Position numbers and translations under genes: made by a program
Assembly (NCBI GenBank): GCA_965644315.1
Contig: CBFFRQ010000096.1
Coordinates: 1 to 64,000 of the forward strand
DNA length: 64,000 nucleotides
Reading direction: 5' to 3'
Source: Caecitellus pseudoparvulus
Taxonomy: Eukaryota; Protista; Bigyra: Bicosoecida
The notes under the pieces: model-generated
Told to the model about the DNA's origin: nothing
Databases searched by the model: none
The model's input: only the letters and a program-made list of their open reading frames with translations
Shown: positions 33,158 through 43,479 of the stretch, one piece after another
Numbering within the stretch: the first letter of the stretch is position 1
Layout of the letters: every line of letters begins with the position of its first letter

Positions 33158-33997
33158 TTAATAATGTTCTTTTTCTTTTCTAAACTGTTTAATTATTAGA
33201 GATAACTTAACACCACCACCCATAATTTTTAATGGTTCGTAATGGTCGTCTAATATAATAAAATCTAAATCAGTAATTTGAGAACTTAATAATAAATCAT
33301 GATTCCAAAATGTTTCATCATCACTAATAAAAGTTGAATATGTACCGGTTCCTGATTCAATATCAAAAGATACTAAAACAGGGAATTTGAGCCTATTATT
33401 ACCAGAACCAAAATATGAGTTGTTTAAAATTCCGTTCTTCATGCAAATATAAACTTTAGAAGTAGCAATAAGATTTGCATAATTTAGCCCAGACATATTA
33501 TTTGAGGGGTCAATTTTTAATGCATCACCGTCATTATCTTGAGATTGTGCGAATCCAATTTTACGCCAAAATTTACCATAATTACCAACAGTAGAAAATT
33601 TAATATAATTTGTATCATTATTTTCAATCTTTAATCTTAATGTTGCGGGGTCTTGTGTAATAACAACTGTTCCACCTAAACCATTAATAACACCTTGTAA
33701 ATAAGTTGCAAAATTTGCTGTAGATGAAAAAACTAAAGAATCAGGTATAGTATGTGTAGAAGTTGCCCCATTTTCAATCTCTACTTCAAATGTGTTTCTA
33801 TCTGTGTTAAATTGTGGAAATGTATTCGGGATGGATGCCGATTGAACTATTAAACGATTGATAACATTACCGCCACTTAAAACTAAAGGTGTAGTATTAA
33901 AATTGGTAGTCCACTCATAAGAAGTGTCTTCTTTTTGTTTATCAATCTCACTATTAATATAAATTTCTAATGTATTATTTATATCAATCAATGCCAT
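33158..33997 (-). CDS. Minor capsid protein (penton, single jelly roll)
   Basis: Directly downstream of the MCP. PLV/virophage penton-like motifs IYINS, SASIPNTF and ITDLDFIILDD...LSLII. 279 aa. Confidence 0.8.
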   Translation of the reverse strand: MALIDINNTLEIYINSEIDKQKEDTSYEWTTNFNTTPLVLSGGNVINRLIVQSASIPNTFPQFNTDRNTFEVEIENGATSTHTIPDSLVFSSTANFATYLQGVINGLGGTVVITQDPATLRLKIENNDTNYIKFSTVGNYGKFWRKIGFAQSQDNDGDALKIDPSNNMSGLNYANLIATSKVYICMKNGILNNSYFGSGNNRLKFPVLVSFDIESGTGTYSTFISDDETFWNHDLLLSSQITDLDFIILDDHYEPLKIMGGGVKLSLIIKQFRKEKEHY

Positions 33998-35276
33998 ATA
34001 TAAGACTATAGAAAATAATAAAATAAAACTAAACTTTATTATTTTATATATATAACAATTATATTTATTCTACAACTTGTGCGGAACCTTTACCTAATTC
34101 TAACTGTCTTTTAAATCTGTATAAGCATACAAGTTGTTTTGATGCTGAGTCAGTAATTGCTTCGGGAGTATTAAATTCAGTAACTAATACACTAGTACCA
34201 ACGAGAGAATTAAAGCCATTAGATACAGCATTTTGAGAATCTTCCGGAGTTTTTAAGAATAAACCGCCTAAATATTGACATGTATTAGTTGATTGAACCA
34301 TTTGTTTAGAGTATTCAGAAGCATAAGAACGAGAATAGAAATCAGGTTTAGCACATCTAACGACACCTTCAAAATGGTCTACGTAATTAGATTCACTTTG
34401 TGCACCATTTACATTAACGTAATCTTGACCGGTAAACTGTAAGCGATAATCAGAAACATAATTTAAATTACCATTAACAAAAGAGTAATCACGAACTGGG
34501 TCAAAAGTTGCAGCAGAAATGTTTTTAAGTTTATTAGCACCTGGTACAGTTTTATATACAGGGAAAATTAAAGAACTAATAATATCACGTTTTTTAATAT
34601 TGAATTGATGAGCATGTGTAGTTCCTAACGCAATAGTTTGAAACTGGCAATCATAACCGTGGAAACGATTTACAATACCTTTAGTATTTGTACCCATAGG
34701 AGAGACTTTTTTTAACATTACTTGAGAGCCCAAATCAGTGAGGTGATATGCTTCAAAAGTAAATTTAAGATTAGACAAAGTATAAGAAATATCAGTAGCA
34801 CCAGTTGGTGGTGTAGAACCAGCTTTAAATAATAAAGGCAAATTATCTTTGAATACTATTTGAATATCAATAGGTGTAGATGATGTAGGTAGTAATTTTT
34901 TTAAGTCTAATCCAAAATCTCTTAATGGAATTGAGAATGAATAACTTTTAGTACCATCCGCAACTAATTCAACGTCTCTTAAGGTGCGTCACGGATTGGT
35001 GGATCAAGGCGAGATACCAACGGCTTGTGTCAATCCTGTGAGATCAACACATCGACTTAGAATCTTTCTATGTTTGCGCTAGTTGACTGTCGGGAAAAAG
35101 AGAATGTACCATGCCTGAGGAACTGTTTTAGCCATTTTGGCGAGATCAACGAGCCGAACCTTGATTTTTTGCCCCAGGCGTTAGTGAGAAAGGGGTCGCA
35201 CGCTGTCGAGACAGGAAATCAACCCTGAGAGAGTCAGCACTGCAAGAGCGGCGATTAGGACTCTGGAAATCAAGCA

Positions 35277-37118
35277 TTGGTACAATTATTCGGGTGTTGT
35301 GGCATTTTCGAGGCAATGGAGTCCACCCAATCACGCTTGGTGCAGCCGAGCGTTTCTGTCACCCCGACAACGGCAGCATCCGTTGAGCGACGGGCCTCTG
35401 CGCCACATTCTGCATGTTGCGTGATTCAACATGTCGGTCACAAGTTGATCAAAAGGGTATACCATAAAACACAAAAGCTGCGGGGCACGAAACGTCGCAA
35501 CATCGACCGCAACGACTCGATGGAGGGGGCCAGGCTGCACCCCAAAATCCGCAAGGGGACACCCACCTACGAATTCCTCACATCGGGCGAGTGCCTCACC
35601 TTCATGCGCATGAGAGCAAGAAATTTAGCCAAAGCCCTCTCTGGCTTGATATCGGACAGCTTCTTGAGGTGGAACGCCCTCAGGGACATCCAGAATGGGC
35701 GTGAAGCCGACCTCTTGCTCGGGGTGATGATGGTGTGTGCCGGGCGCAACCGCCAAGAGATCACGTCTAGGCTGAGCATTGCCGCTACTACTCTCCAAGA
35801 CAGCATTCCTCGGTTGATTCCAGTGCTGAAGACCTTCTTTTACAAAGCGCTGCCCTGGGCAGTGCTTCCAGAGCACCGCAGAGAGGCGCTTTCCTTCCAT
35901 GGTGGACTGGCTCCAGGGCTGGTAGGGTTCGTAGACGGCCTGACATGGGAGACGAAAGCAACTTCTTCAGACAAAGAGAACCGCATCTGGTACAGCAACC
36001 ACCAATCGATGTACGGGTACAACTTTCTGTTGTTCTGCAGTGTTTCGGGGAGGGTTATATGGATCGAACCCATGGGCAAGGGCAACACAGTGTCTGAGAT
36101 TGCAGCCGCGCGACGAGCAACCGAGCGCATGCTGCGCTCAGGCGCCATCAAGCAAGGCGAGTACTTTGTCGGTGACGGTGTATTCCAGGGAGTCAGGCCT
36201 GCTGTGCGGCACCTTCCGGGCAACAAGGCGTTGGAGAAGATGGCGGCCCGAGTTCAGTCTCTGTGGGTCTCCTCGCCAGCCCCTGGCTCTCTGCATTCTC
36301 CACGGGACTTGGCAAGAGCAACGGCTTCCGCCCTGGCACACAAAACTGTGCAGCGTGAGATCTTCGTGTCAGGTCGCCAGGTTGTCGAGAACTGTGTGAA
36401 GGAGTTCAAGACGGTGTGTGGTCTCGTCCGATCGTCCAGTGTCAGACCATTGCAAGCGCAAACCAAGGAAAAAGAGATCAGAGACATGGGGTACATTACT
36501 GCTGGGATGCTCGCTTTCCAACAAGCAGAGGGGCACCGGGTTCCTCGGTCAGAGCAGTGGCTCCACATCCGCGGTTCGCGTCAGCCAGCACTCGTCCTGT
36601 TTGAGCTGTTTGCATCCTTGGCTGGAGATTGTCCTGCTTCTAATCGCCGTGACAGTGAACTTGACGCAAGCCTTCCGAGCGGCATCGCGAAACGAAGGAG
36701 CGTATCTTTTCTTCATGACGTCTTACGGCTGCTTCGCGGGGCCGAGTTGGGTACGGCCGGGAGGCCTTCACTGGAACGAAGCGATATTGAGGCTGCTACT
36801 CAGCTGCAGCAAGTGCTCGCCTGGTCGGAACAAGGGAACTTGTCTCCTCTTGTAAGTGGCATTTTGTGCGGTGGTCTCACAGAACTTGGCAGGCTGAAAA
36901 AGCAGCGCAGGCAGGTAGCTGTCTCGCCACGCTCTGGTGTCGCATCCCCTGGGGGGCCTCCTCTCCTGGCATCATGGCATCGCCACACTCTCCACCTGGA
37001 TACTGCCGCCCCGCCAAGACTGACGACGACAAGGTACGCCCACAGGAAGTCATGGATCTTGAAAAGCTGTGGGGTGCTGCAGCAGACAAGGCTGCTCTTG
37101 CCGGCAAGCCAGTTGTAG
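35277..37118 (+). CDS. Harbinger/ISL2EU-like DDE transposase (first ATG 35317; may splice or shift into 36866-37459)
   Basis: DDE_Tnp_4-like triad LVGFVDG, YFVGDGVF and RQVVENCVKEFK, plus WYSNHQSMYGYNFLLFCSVSGRVIWI. Confidence 0.85.
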   Translation: MVQLFGCCGIFEAMESTQSRLVQPSVSVTPTTAASVERRASAPHSACCVIQHVGHKLIKRVYHKTQKLRGTKRRNIDRNDSMEGARLHPKIRKGTPTYEFLTSGECLTFMRMRARNLAKALSGLISDSFLRWNALRDIQNGREADLLLGVMMVCAGRNRQEITSRLSIAATTLQDSIPRLIPVLKTFFYKALPWAVLPEHRREALSFHGGLAPGLVGFVDGLTWETKATSSDKENRIWYSNHQSMYGYNFLLFCSVSGRVIWIEPMGKGNTVSEIAAARRATERMLRSGAIKQGEYFVGDGVFQGVRPAVRHLPGNKALEKMAARVQSLWVSSPAPGSLHSPRDLARATASALAHKTVQREIFVSGRQVVENCVKEFKTVCGLVRSSSVRPLQAQTKEKEIRDMGYITAGMLAFQQAEGHRVPRSEQWLHIRGSRQPALVLFELFASLAGDCPASNRRDSELDASLPSGIAKRRSVSFLHDVLRLLRGAELGTAGRPSLERSDIEAATQLQQVLAWSEQGNLSPLVSGILCGGLTELGRLKKQRRQVAVSPRSGVASPGGPPLLASWHRHTLHLDTAAPPRLTTTRYAHRKSWILKSCGVLQQTRLLLPASQL

Positions 37119-37459
37119 TCGGCAAGTACAATCATGATCCTGAGCTGTCCTACCCTCGTGGGATCGTCTACGCTCTTATTGAACCCACTCGAGACACCGC
37201 CACTTTTGAGGAGTCAGAAGAGGCGTATGATGTGTGGTACTATGACAAGTACGGAGATGAACTCCTCGAGACCCTCCCTGATGGGCAGACCGGAGGGCAC
37301 TTGCTCACATCCCTCCTTGAAGCAGAGACCCGCGACGTGGCAAAGAAAGACTACACGTGGCTCCCACCAGAGCACTTCAAGGAGGACTTTGACGGGAGTC
37401 AGCTTGTCGCGTACATGATGGATTGTCAGTCCTACAACTACGGCTACGTGAACGAGTGA
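36866..37459 (+). CDS. Acidic ORF overlapping the transposase 3' end (probable last exon or third gene)
   Basis: The C-terminal ~140 aa (QEVMDLEKLW...YNYGYVNE) has protein-like composition, unlike the end of the 613-aa frame. Its stop abuts the stop of the convergent ORF. Confidence 0.5.
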   Translation: MRWSHRTWQAEKAAQAGSCLATLWCRIPWGASSPGIMASPHSPPGYCRPAKTDDDKVRPQEVMDLEKLWGAAADKAALAGKPVVVGKYNHDPELSYPRGIVYALIEPTRDTATFEESEEAYDVWYYDKYGDELLETLPDGQTGGHLLTSLLEAETRDVAKKDYTWLPPEHFKEDFDGSQLVAYMMDCQSYNYGYVNE

Positions 37460-37464
37460 AACAA

Positions 37465-38898
37465 TCACGGGGAGTCAGAGTGCCCTCGGCGGCGTCTGTT
37501 GTATCTCGCTACGTCTTGGAGAAATGCATCTCCTGTGCTTGGCACGTTGTCAGTGAAGTTTGGGCGAGTTCTCTTGTGACCGCCAATGGTGGGGCGGTCC
37601 GAAGCCTCGGGTGAAGGAGTTGGGGCGGGACCACCTAATCCTTCTTGCCGCATCGCACCAGAAGAGCTCGGTGGGGCACGAGAAGAAGATGGTGACCTCG
37701 AAGCACTTGCAGTGTCAGCGGGAATGTGCCCAGTTTGTGAAGAAGCTATGACACTGAGGAGCTCCACAGCTCTCCTCTGATCTGCCCGGCCCTGGTCCAC
37801 TTTGTCCACGAGCAGCACGAGCATCTCTGCCATTTTCTCGAATGGTGCAAGAAGGGCAATCGCATCACGAGCAAAAGCATTTACTGCCGAAGAAATGCCC
37901 ATCCCCACCAGCGCCGATTGACGCGCAGCTTCTGCTCGGGCAGCACGTTGCGCATCGGGCTCCACGGGCTCTTCCCCAGGCTGTGACTGTCCGGCCAGAT
38001 CGTGCGAGTCATGAGGCAGATGAGGATTCTCGAGCAACGCGCTGTGGCTTTGGGTGCTACTCGCAAAAGACGAATCCAAGGAGCTCTCTCCGCTGCCCTC
38101 AACTGGACCCAGCCCTCCGGTGGGCGGCGTGGGTTGGGGGGCGGGTGCTTGCCCCAGAGATATCCCGAGGGAGGGGACAGTAGGAACGTTGCTGGCACTT
38201 CCTTGCGATTCTTGACTTACAGCTGACCCTTGGATTCCGGGTGGCCCCAGTGAACCCTGCTGGGTGTGGAGTGTTTGCATCGGCAAGCCAACAGCGTGGC
38301 TCTGGACCTGCGTGAAGGTTGCCAGGCTCGCACGAGGGGCGTTGTGGAGGTCCAAGAGTCTGCGGACCAACCACATGTCAATGAGAGCATGAAAGGAAAT
38401 AGGTACGATGTCCTCGTAAACACGGAACATGGTCTGCACCATGTCCGCGACGGTTGGGTAAACAGTCCGGCTGGTGCTCGGTAGGCCTCGCATGGCACAT
38501 GCCTTGTCCCACAGCTCAGTGAACACGTCTTGGAACTCAGCGTGTGCCTTGTTCAGGTTCTTCCTTGTTGCATGGTAAAACATGCAGTGGGTAGCATGAA
38601 ACACGGCTGATGCATGTGCCTTGCACTTCGGCCGGGAGCACAGTCCATGACTGTCCAGCTTCTGGAAGGAGAATTCGGGGATGAGAGCGGGGTCCAATAC
38701 AAAGACGGGGGCATTTCTGTTCGAAAGGCGCAGGATTGCGTCGCCCAGGATGTGTCCATCCACGGGGATGCCCAATTCAGAGAGCATGGTAGCTGGACTT
38801 TGTAGGTTGTTTGCACCACTCGGGTCAAAGGGGCGCTCCCGAGACAGACAAGAGAAGGAAAGTGAGCCAGGAGTTGTGCCCAACATGCCCCCCGTCAC
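37465..38898 (-). CDS. Second (accessory) gene of the Harbinger-like element; Cys/His cluster; probably has upstream exons
   Basis: 477-aa frame, open back to an AG acceptor near 38930. Contains CSRPKCKAH...HATHCMFYH, a disordered middle region and a basic C-terminus. Harbinger elements typically carry a second DNA-binding gene. Confidence 0.65.
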   Translation of the reverse strand: MTGGMLGTTPGSLSFSCLSRERPFDPSGANNLQSPATMLSELGIPVDGHILGDAILRLSNRNAPVFVLDPALIPEFSFQKLDSHGLCSRPKCKAHASAVFHATHCMFYHATRKNLNKAHAEFQDVFTELWDKACAMRGLPSTSRTVYPTVADMVQTMFRVYEDIVPISFHALIDMWLVRRLLDLHNAPRASLATFTQVQSHAVGLPMQTLHTQQGSLGPPGIQGSAVSQESQGSASNVPTVPSLGISLGQAPAPQPTPPTGGLGPVEGSGESSLDSSFASSTQSHSALLENPHLPHDSHDLAGQSQPGEEPVEPDAQRAARAEAARQSALVGMGISSAVNAFARDAIALLAPFEKMAEMLVLLVDKVDQGRADQRRAVELLSVIASSQTGHIPADTASASRSPSSSRAPPSSSGAMRQEGLGGPAPTPSPEASDRPTIGGHKRTRPNFTDNVPSTGDAFLQDVARYNRRRRGHSDSP

Positions 38899-40020
38899 CG
38901 GGGCGTCCTTTGTGTTGTAGAGAATCGCCTATTTGGCAAAGGAGGGGGGGAAGTGTGACGGTATGCGTAGCGATTTCCGCACACCGTTTCAAACCCTCAC
39001 AGCTGCAAGAATGGTGTGCTCCGGTGGACTCAATGCAGTCCCCCTTTGTGACTTCGCACGCCGATCTAGCCTCCCTTGGGCTTGAAGTCCCGCCTGCTTT
39101 CACGGTAGGGGAGACCTTGACCTGTGAGCAACGCTCAAAATCTTGCCGTTATGCTCACCATTCAAACTGTGCTCGAGACTTGCTGAGGAAAGTACCAAGA
39201 CCAAGGCACTGAGTGGCAATTCAGTGCAAAGCGGAGAAACAGATGAGTATCCGTTTTAGGCGAACGAGCGGGCCTACGTTGCGCTGGGGCAGGGCTGCCG
39301 ATCGAGACACGAGCACAAACGGCTACAAACACCCGCGTACTGCCGCACCCTCAGTTGCACGAAAAAAAGAACACCCAACAAGGCATACATGAGTGGATGG
39401 GAGGCGCTGGTAAATTCATATTGCACAACACCTCCTCACTGTGGAAATCGACTCCGCTGGTGACAAATCACAGGGGCCCCTGGAGTTCAAACCAACCCTG
39501 ATCCACCAATCCGTGACGCACCTTAAGGTTTTAACATTGTTAATAGCCATTTCTTCACCAGATAAATATAATTTTTTGTAAGCTTCAGCAACTAACCAAG
39601 CATTACGATTTAATTTCACAACCGGAGCACCACCAACATAAATAATAAGCTGTTCTATCATTGCACTTGCATCACCGCAAAATTTTACATTTTCTTTAGG
39701 GTCCTGTCCTGCAGCTACTTGTGCACCTTCAACTTTAATATTACCATCTAAAGTACCAGTAGATAAATCTAATACATTAGCACCGGTTTGAATAGTTGTA
39801 TTAAAATCTTTATTAGCATTACCAAAACCATTTCTAGTTCCTTGAGGGTCATATTCCATTCTTTGTCTAGAGTGAGTTAATCTGTTAATTTTTGTTTTTG
39901 CTCCTTCAAGCACACCACCTAAGAAGTAAATTTCTTGTTCTTGAGATGTCATTATATAATTATACTTAGAAAATATTTTTAAAAATTACCTAGACTAGAT
40001 ATTTTTTAAAAGTATTTCAT

Positions 40021-40758
40021 TTATTCAGGAAATCCATTAAATATTTCTTCCATTTTTTTATTATATACTTTACCAGTTTTTTTGTTAATTAAAATGAAAC
40101 TATATTTTTCAGATAAATGATTAAATACTAAATCCTTAAATTCATCTTCATTCATGAACTGACTAAAGTTTTCATCGTATACTTTCCAACATTCTTTATC
40201 GTTAGCATTCCAATATAATGAAATCAAATTACTGTTTAACATTCTTACGTCCTGCCCTAGATAATAATATTTTTGAGTTGCTATAATACATCCACAGCGT
40301 TTATGCCGTCCTGATGCAAAGAGCTCACTTAGTAAATTTGTGCCGTGATTTGTATTCATTGCTTTATTATATGCCATATCATCAAAAATAAACAAATTCG
40401 GAACTTTTGCGTCCATACTTCTATATTCTCCATCTAATTCTTCCCAGTCTAGAGTTTTATATATACTCAATTGGTCTTCACTAATATCAAACTTTTGAGC
40501 CATTTTAATAATATTATTTATTGTGGTTTGAGTTCCTGATACAACAATAATTTTAGATGAATCATTTTTAAAATAAAAATCTTTACACCATTGCCATAAT
40601 ACATTATGAATAAATTGTGTTTTACCTGCCTCAGATGGTCCCACTAAAACAGCCCTAGGAAGAGCTCCGACACGCTTATCAATTAAGTCTTTGTATTTTT
40701 TGTCTTTTGTTATATCATCCTCTTCAAATTCAAAAACTTTAAATTCACTATTAGCCAT
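40021..40758 (-). CDS. A32/FtsK-HerA genome-packaging ATPase
   Basis: Walker A VLVGPSEAGKT, Walker B LFIFDD, and ELFASGRHKRCGCIIATQKY (GRH and TQ motifs). Confidence 0.95.
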   Translation of the reverse strand: MANSEFKVFEFEEDDITKDKKYKDLIDKRVGALPRAVLVGPSEAGKTQFIHNVLWQWCKDFYFKNDSSKIIVVSGTQTTINNIIKMAQKFDISEDQLSIYKTLDWEELDGEYRSMDAKVPNLFIFDDMAYNKAMNTNHGTNLLSELFASGRHKRCGCIIATQKYYYLGQDVRMLNSNLISLYWNANDKECWKVYDENFSQFMNEDEFKDLVFNHLSEKYSFILINKKTGKVYNKKMEEIFNGFPE

Positions 40759-40779
40759 TATTATATATTAGATATTTTT

Positions 40780-42915
40780 TTATCTTTTTAAAACCCGCCC
40801 TCTAGTTCTTCTTCTTCCTTGTGTGGGTGCTACAAAATCTGCCTCTTGTAATGGTTCTGCTTCTTTTGCTTCTCCATCTGCCTCTAATGTTTTATTGTTA
40901 TTTATTAATGTTATTATTTTTCTTGTTAATCTTGGTTTTCCTAATTTCATTAAATCTTCGTTTGCGTCTGGTTCAACTTTATATAATGCTTTCATAAATA
41001 TCAATGTTGCGTCTTCAAAAGAGACATCCGCCAACCCTATAATTTCAGTAAATATTTCTGATGGTTCCCCTTCAATTACTGCCTGATAAATATCATCTGA
41101 TACTTCTCTTTTTGCTGCTTCTGATACTCCACCTTCACCTATTACTTCAGCTATAAATTTATCTAACATTGAGTTTAATTTTACTTTCTCAACTTCGGTT
41201 AAATCTTTTTTATATGATTCGTCTTTTTCCGGTTGTGCTTCGGCAGGTGCTGCTGCTCCACCTTCAGTTTCTGGTATTGGTTTTCGTGGTAATCTTACAC
41301 TAACACTTTCAGAAATATCTTCAAAAGTACGTTTTGCATACTCCTTTTTATTTTCTCCAGCTATTTCAACAGGTAAATTTGCTTTTAATAATTCAATTAC
41401 ATTTCTTACAATTTGACCTAATTTTTCATTATTTTGTGATATTGGTAATTGTCCTATTCTTTCTGCTTCATTCATGATAGCATCAAATAAATATATTTTA
41501 TATTTTACCATACCAGTCTTTTTCGCATTATAAATATCTTTTCCAATATTTTTATTGTTTTTATTTGTAAGATTTGACAAATTTTTCAATTGATTTGTTT
41601 CTTCTTTATCTACCATAACTTTAGCATATGCTTTTAGAATGGTGTTATAATTTCCCTGATTAAAATTAATAAATGTTTGTTTTCCTTCTTTTTCCAACTT
41701 TTCTTCTAATGCTTTTCTAACATCTAAATTTGAAATAACAATAATTTTTTGAGGGTCAGTTAAATCCATATATCTTGGATGTTGTTGGATAGCTGCCCTC
41801 ATTGTTGTTGAGGTTGTGGTCCCACTTCTGATATCTTCACCGTATAATAGATTTAAATCAGTGTCTGTGAATTTGTTTTTATCCATATCATCTTCAAGAG
41901 CAGATTTTGCATGTTTTGTTAATTCTTCAAATCTTTGAATAACTTGTGGTCTACCACGACCTAAAGAATTTATTACATTTGCAATTGAAGCTGACATAGA
42001 TTCACCAAGTCTTTTATATGATTCAAGTTGTTGTGTTTCTCTCGCTGTTTTCATTTCTGCTTCTATTCTATCTAAAAACGCTTGATTAATTCTTTCGCCT
42101 TCTGTTCCTGCTCCAGTTGCTGCTGGTGCTGGTGCTGGTTGTGGTGCTTCAGGTTGTAATACTTGTCCTTCTCCTTCTGGTTGTGGTCTTCTTTCCTTTG
42201 TTGCATCAGTTTCTTTAGATTCGGCAGCTCCACCGTCTCCAACTTGTCCTGTTTCTGTATGAATTCCACCATCTGTATCTATCATTGTTTTAGCTTGTAA
42301 ATCTCCCTCATCTCTCTTATCTTTATCATCATCTCCTCCATCTCCTGTTGCTGGAGGTTTTGTGTCTCCATCTGTTGAAGGTTTATTTAAAATAGATTGA
42401 ACTTTTTGTTCCATTTCTTGTTTCTTAGCATTCAAATCTAAACCAACTGGGTTAAAACGTTTCTTTAATACTGATTCAACGGCACGTGCTCTTAATAATT
42501 GAATTTCTGTATCTGATAAATTATTTCTTTTACCAAATGCATCAATATAATTTAAGATTCGTTTCATTTCCTCTTCATCTTCATCTAATTCTTCAACATC
42601 TGTTTCTAATCCTAATTGTCTAAATACACGTTTTGTGTCTTGTTCGTATTCATTCATTTGTTTCATGAAAGCTTGTTCTAAAGATTCTGTATCACTCCAT
42701 CCATAATCATAAAAAGAACTTTCTTCTAATCTCTTATCTGCATTTGTATATACCTCATCCATATCTAAAAAATCGGGTTTCTCTGCTGGTGCTGGTATTA
42801 AGTCTTCAGCATTGTAATTATACAATTTTAAATTTACTGTATCAGTGTTGTTTTCCAAATTCAATTTAGATAAGCGAACATAATATTCTTCATCTGTTAT
42901 ATCAAATGGGTTCAT
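40780..42915 (-). CDS. Large acidic viral protein of unknown function (candidate core/structural polyprotein)
   Basis: 711-aa ORF with TCTA promoter, upstream of the ATPase. Disordered linkers with repeated (D/E)GG. Basic C-terminus. Confidence 0.75.
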   Translation of the reverse strand: MNPFDITDEEYYVRLSKLNLENNTDTVNLKLYNYNAEDLIPAPAEKPDFLDMDEVYTNADKRLEESSFYDYGWSDTESLEQAFMKQMNEYEQDTKRVFRQLGLETDVEELDEDEEEMKRILNYIDAFGKRNNLSDTEIQLLRARAVESVLKKRFNPVGLDLNAKKQEMEQKVQSILNKPSTDGDTKPPATGDGGDDDKDKRDEGDLQAKTMIDTDGGIHTETGQVGDGGAAESKETDATKERRPQPEGEGQVLQPEAPQPAPAPAATGAGTEGERINQAFLDRIEAEMKTARETQQLESYKRLGESMSASIANVINSLGRGRPQVIQRFEELTKHAKSALEDDMDKNKFTDTDLNLLYGEDIRSGTTTSTTMRAAIQQHPRYMDLTDPQKIIVISNLDVRKALEEKLEKEGKQTFINFNQGNYNTILKAYAKVMVDKEETNQLKNLSNLTNKNNKNIGKDIYNAKKTGMVKYKIYLFDAIMNEAERIGQLPISQNNEKLGQIVRNVIELLKANLPVEIAGENKKEYAKRTFEDISESVSVRLPRKPIPETEGGAAAPAEAQPEKDESYKKDLTEVEKVKLNSMLDKFIAEVIGEGGVSEAAKREVSDDIYQAVIEGEPSEIFTEIIGLADVSFEDATLIFMKALYKVEPDANEDLMKLGKPRLTRKIITLINNNKTLEADGEAKEAEPLQEADFVAPTQGRRRTRGRVLKR

Positions 42916-42961
42916 ATATATAATAGTAGATAAAAAAAATTATATATCTAAACATTTTAAT

Positions 42962-43459
42962 TTAATTATGTTCTTTCTCCATTGCCGCCAAGATATCATC
43001 AATATTGTATTTTTCTATGCTATTATTAATAGGTTGTTTTTCCGGAATTATTTGAACTCTTTTTATTTCGTGTTGTTTCTTCTTTTTATTTATTTTTTCC
43101 AAGTATTCCTCAAATTTCTTTTCTTCTGCTTCTTGTTTCTTCTTCTCCCTTCTTTTTCTATATGTTTCTCTTGATTTCTCTCTTGCTTTCCTTAATGCTT
43201 CTAGTTTCTTTTCCGATAATTGCTTTTTCTTCTTCTTTTTCTTTCCGGATTCTTTTATTATAATTGGTTTTTCTTCTATAGGGTCTTCAGTCTCTATAAT
43301 TTTTTCAGTCTTTTTTTCAGTATTTTTCAGATATTTTTTAGTATATATAGTCTCTGAATTCTCTATACTTTTTTTTAGAGGTTCTTTAAACTCATCAAAT
43401 GGCTGACCGAATATGTTAGAAAAAAAGGTTTTCACACTTTGAAAGATTTTAGGTTCCAT
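42962..43459 (-). CDS. Lys/Glu-rich viral coiled-coil protein
   Basis: 165-aa ORF containing LSEKKLEALRKAREK. Confidence 0.7.
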   Translation of the reverse strand: MEPKIFQSVKTFFSNIFGQPFDEFKEPLKKSIENSETIYTKKYLKNTEKKTEKIIETEDPIEEKPIIIKESGKKKKKKKQLSEKKLEALRKAREKSRETYRKRREKKKQEAEEKKFEEYLEKINKKKKQHEIKRVQIIPEKQPINNSIEKYNIDDILAAMEKEHN

Positions 43460-43479
43460 TATAATAAAACATAAAATAT

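Larger units (their letters stand above)
34983..39522 (+). mobile_element. PIF/Harbinger-group (DDE_Tnp_4) DNA transposon, 4540 bp, two convergent genes
   Basis: Perfect 24-bp TIRs GGTGCGTCACGGATTGGTGGATCA at 34983-35006 and 39499-39522. TTAA on both sides (34979-34982, 39523-39526). GC-rich island inside the AT-rich virus. Confidence 0.93.
34065..39952 (-). pseudogene. Double-jelly-roll major capsid protein (Polinton/PLV type, 447 aa reconstructed), split by a transposon into 39952-39523 and 34978-34065
   Basis: Excising 34983-39522 plus one TTAA gives ...INNVKTLR-DVELVADGTKSYSFSIPLRDFGLDLKKLLP... in frame (1344 nt). Motifs VLDLSTGTL and ASAMIEQLIIYVGG. Lies between the ATPase and the penton. 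Confidence 0.88.

Noticed and set aside
34983-39522. GC-rich insert as an Ngaro/DIRS retrotransposon, the usual passenger of endogenous mavirus-like elements
   Set aside because: No RT, RNase H or tyrosine-recombinase motifs and no split direct repeats. It has short TIRs and a DDE_Tnp_4-type transposase.
39416-39522. C-terminal CVTDWWIRVG... tail of the 178-aa ORF, and the 258-aa ORF at 34065-34841, as separate genes
   Set aside because: They are read-through into the transposon TIR and the distal half of the same split MCP gene.
34979-39526. piggyBac or Kolobok assignment because of the TTAA junctions
   Set aside because: The transposase motifs (FVDG, GDGVF, RQVVEN) are Harbinger/IS5-type, and the ends lack the piggyBac CCY terminus.
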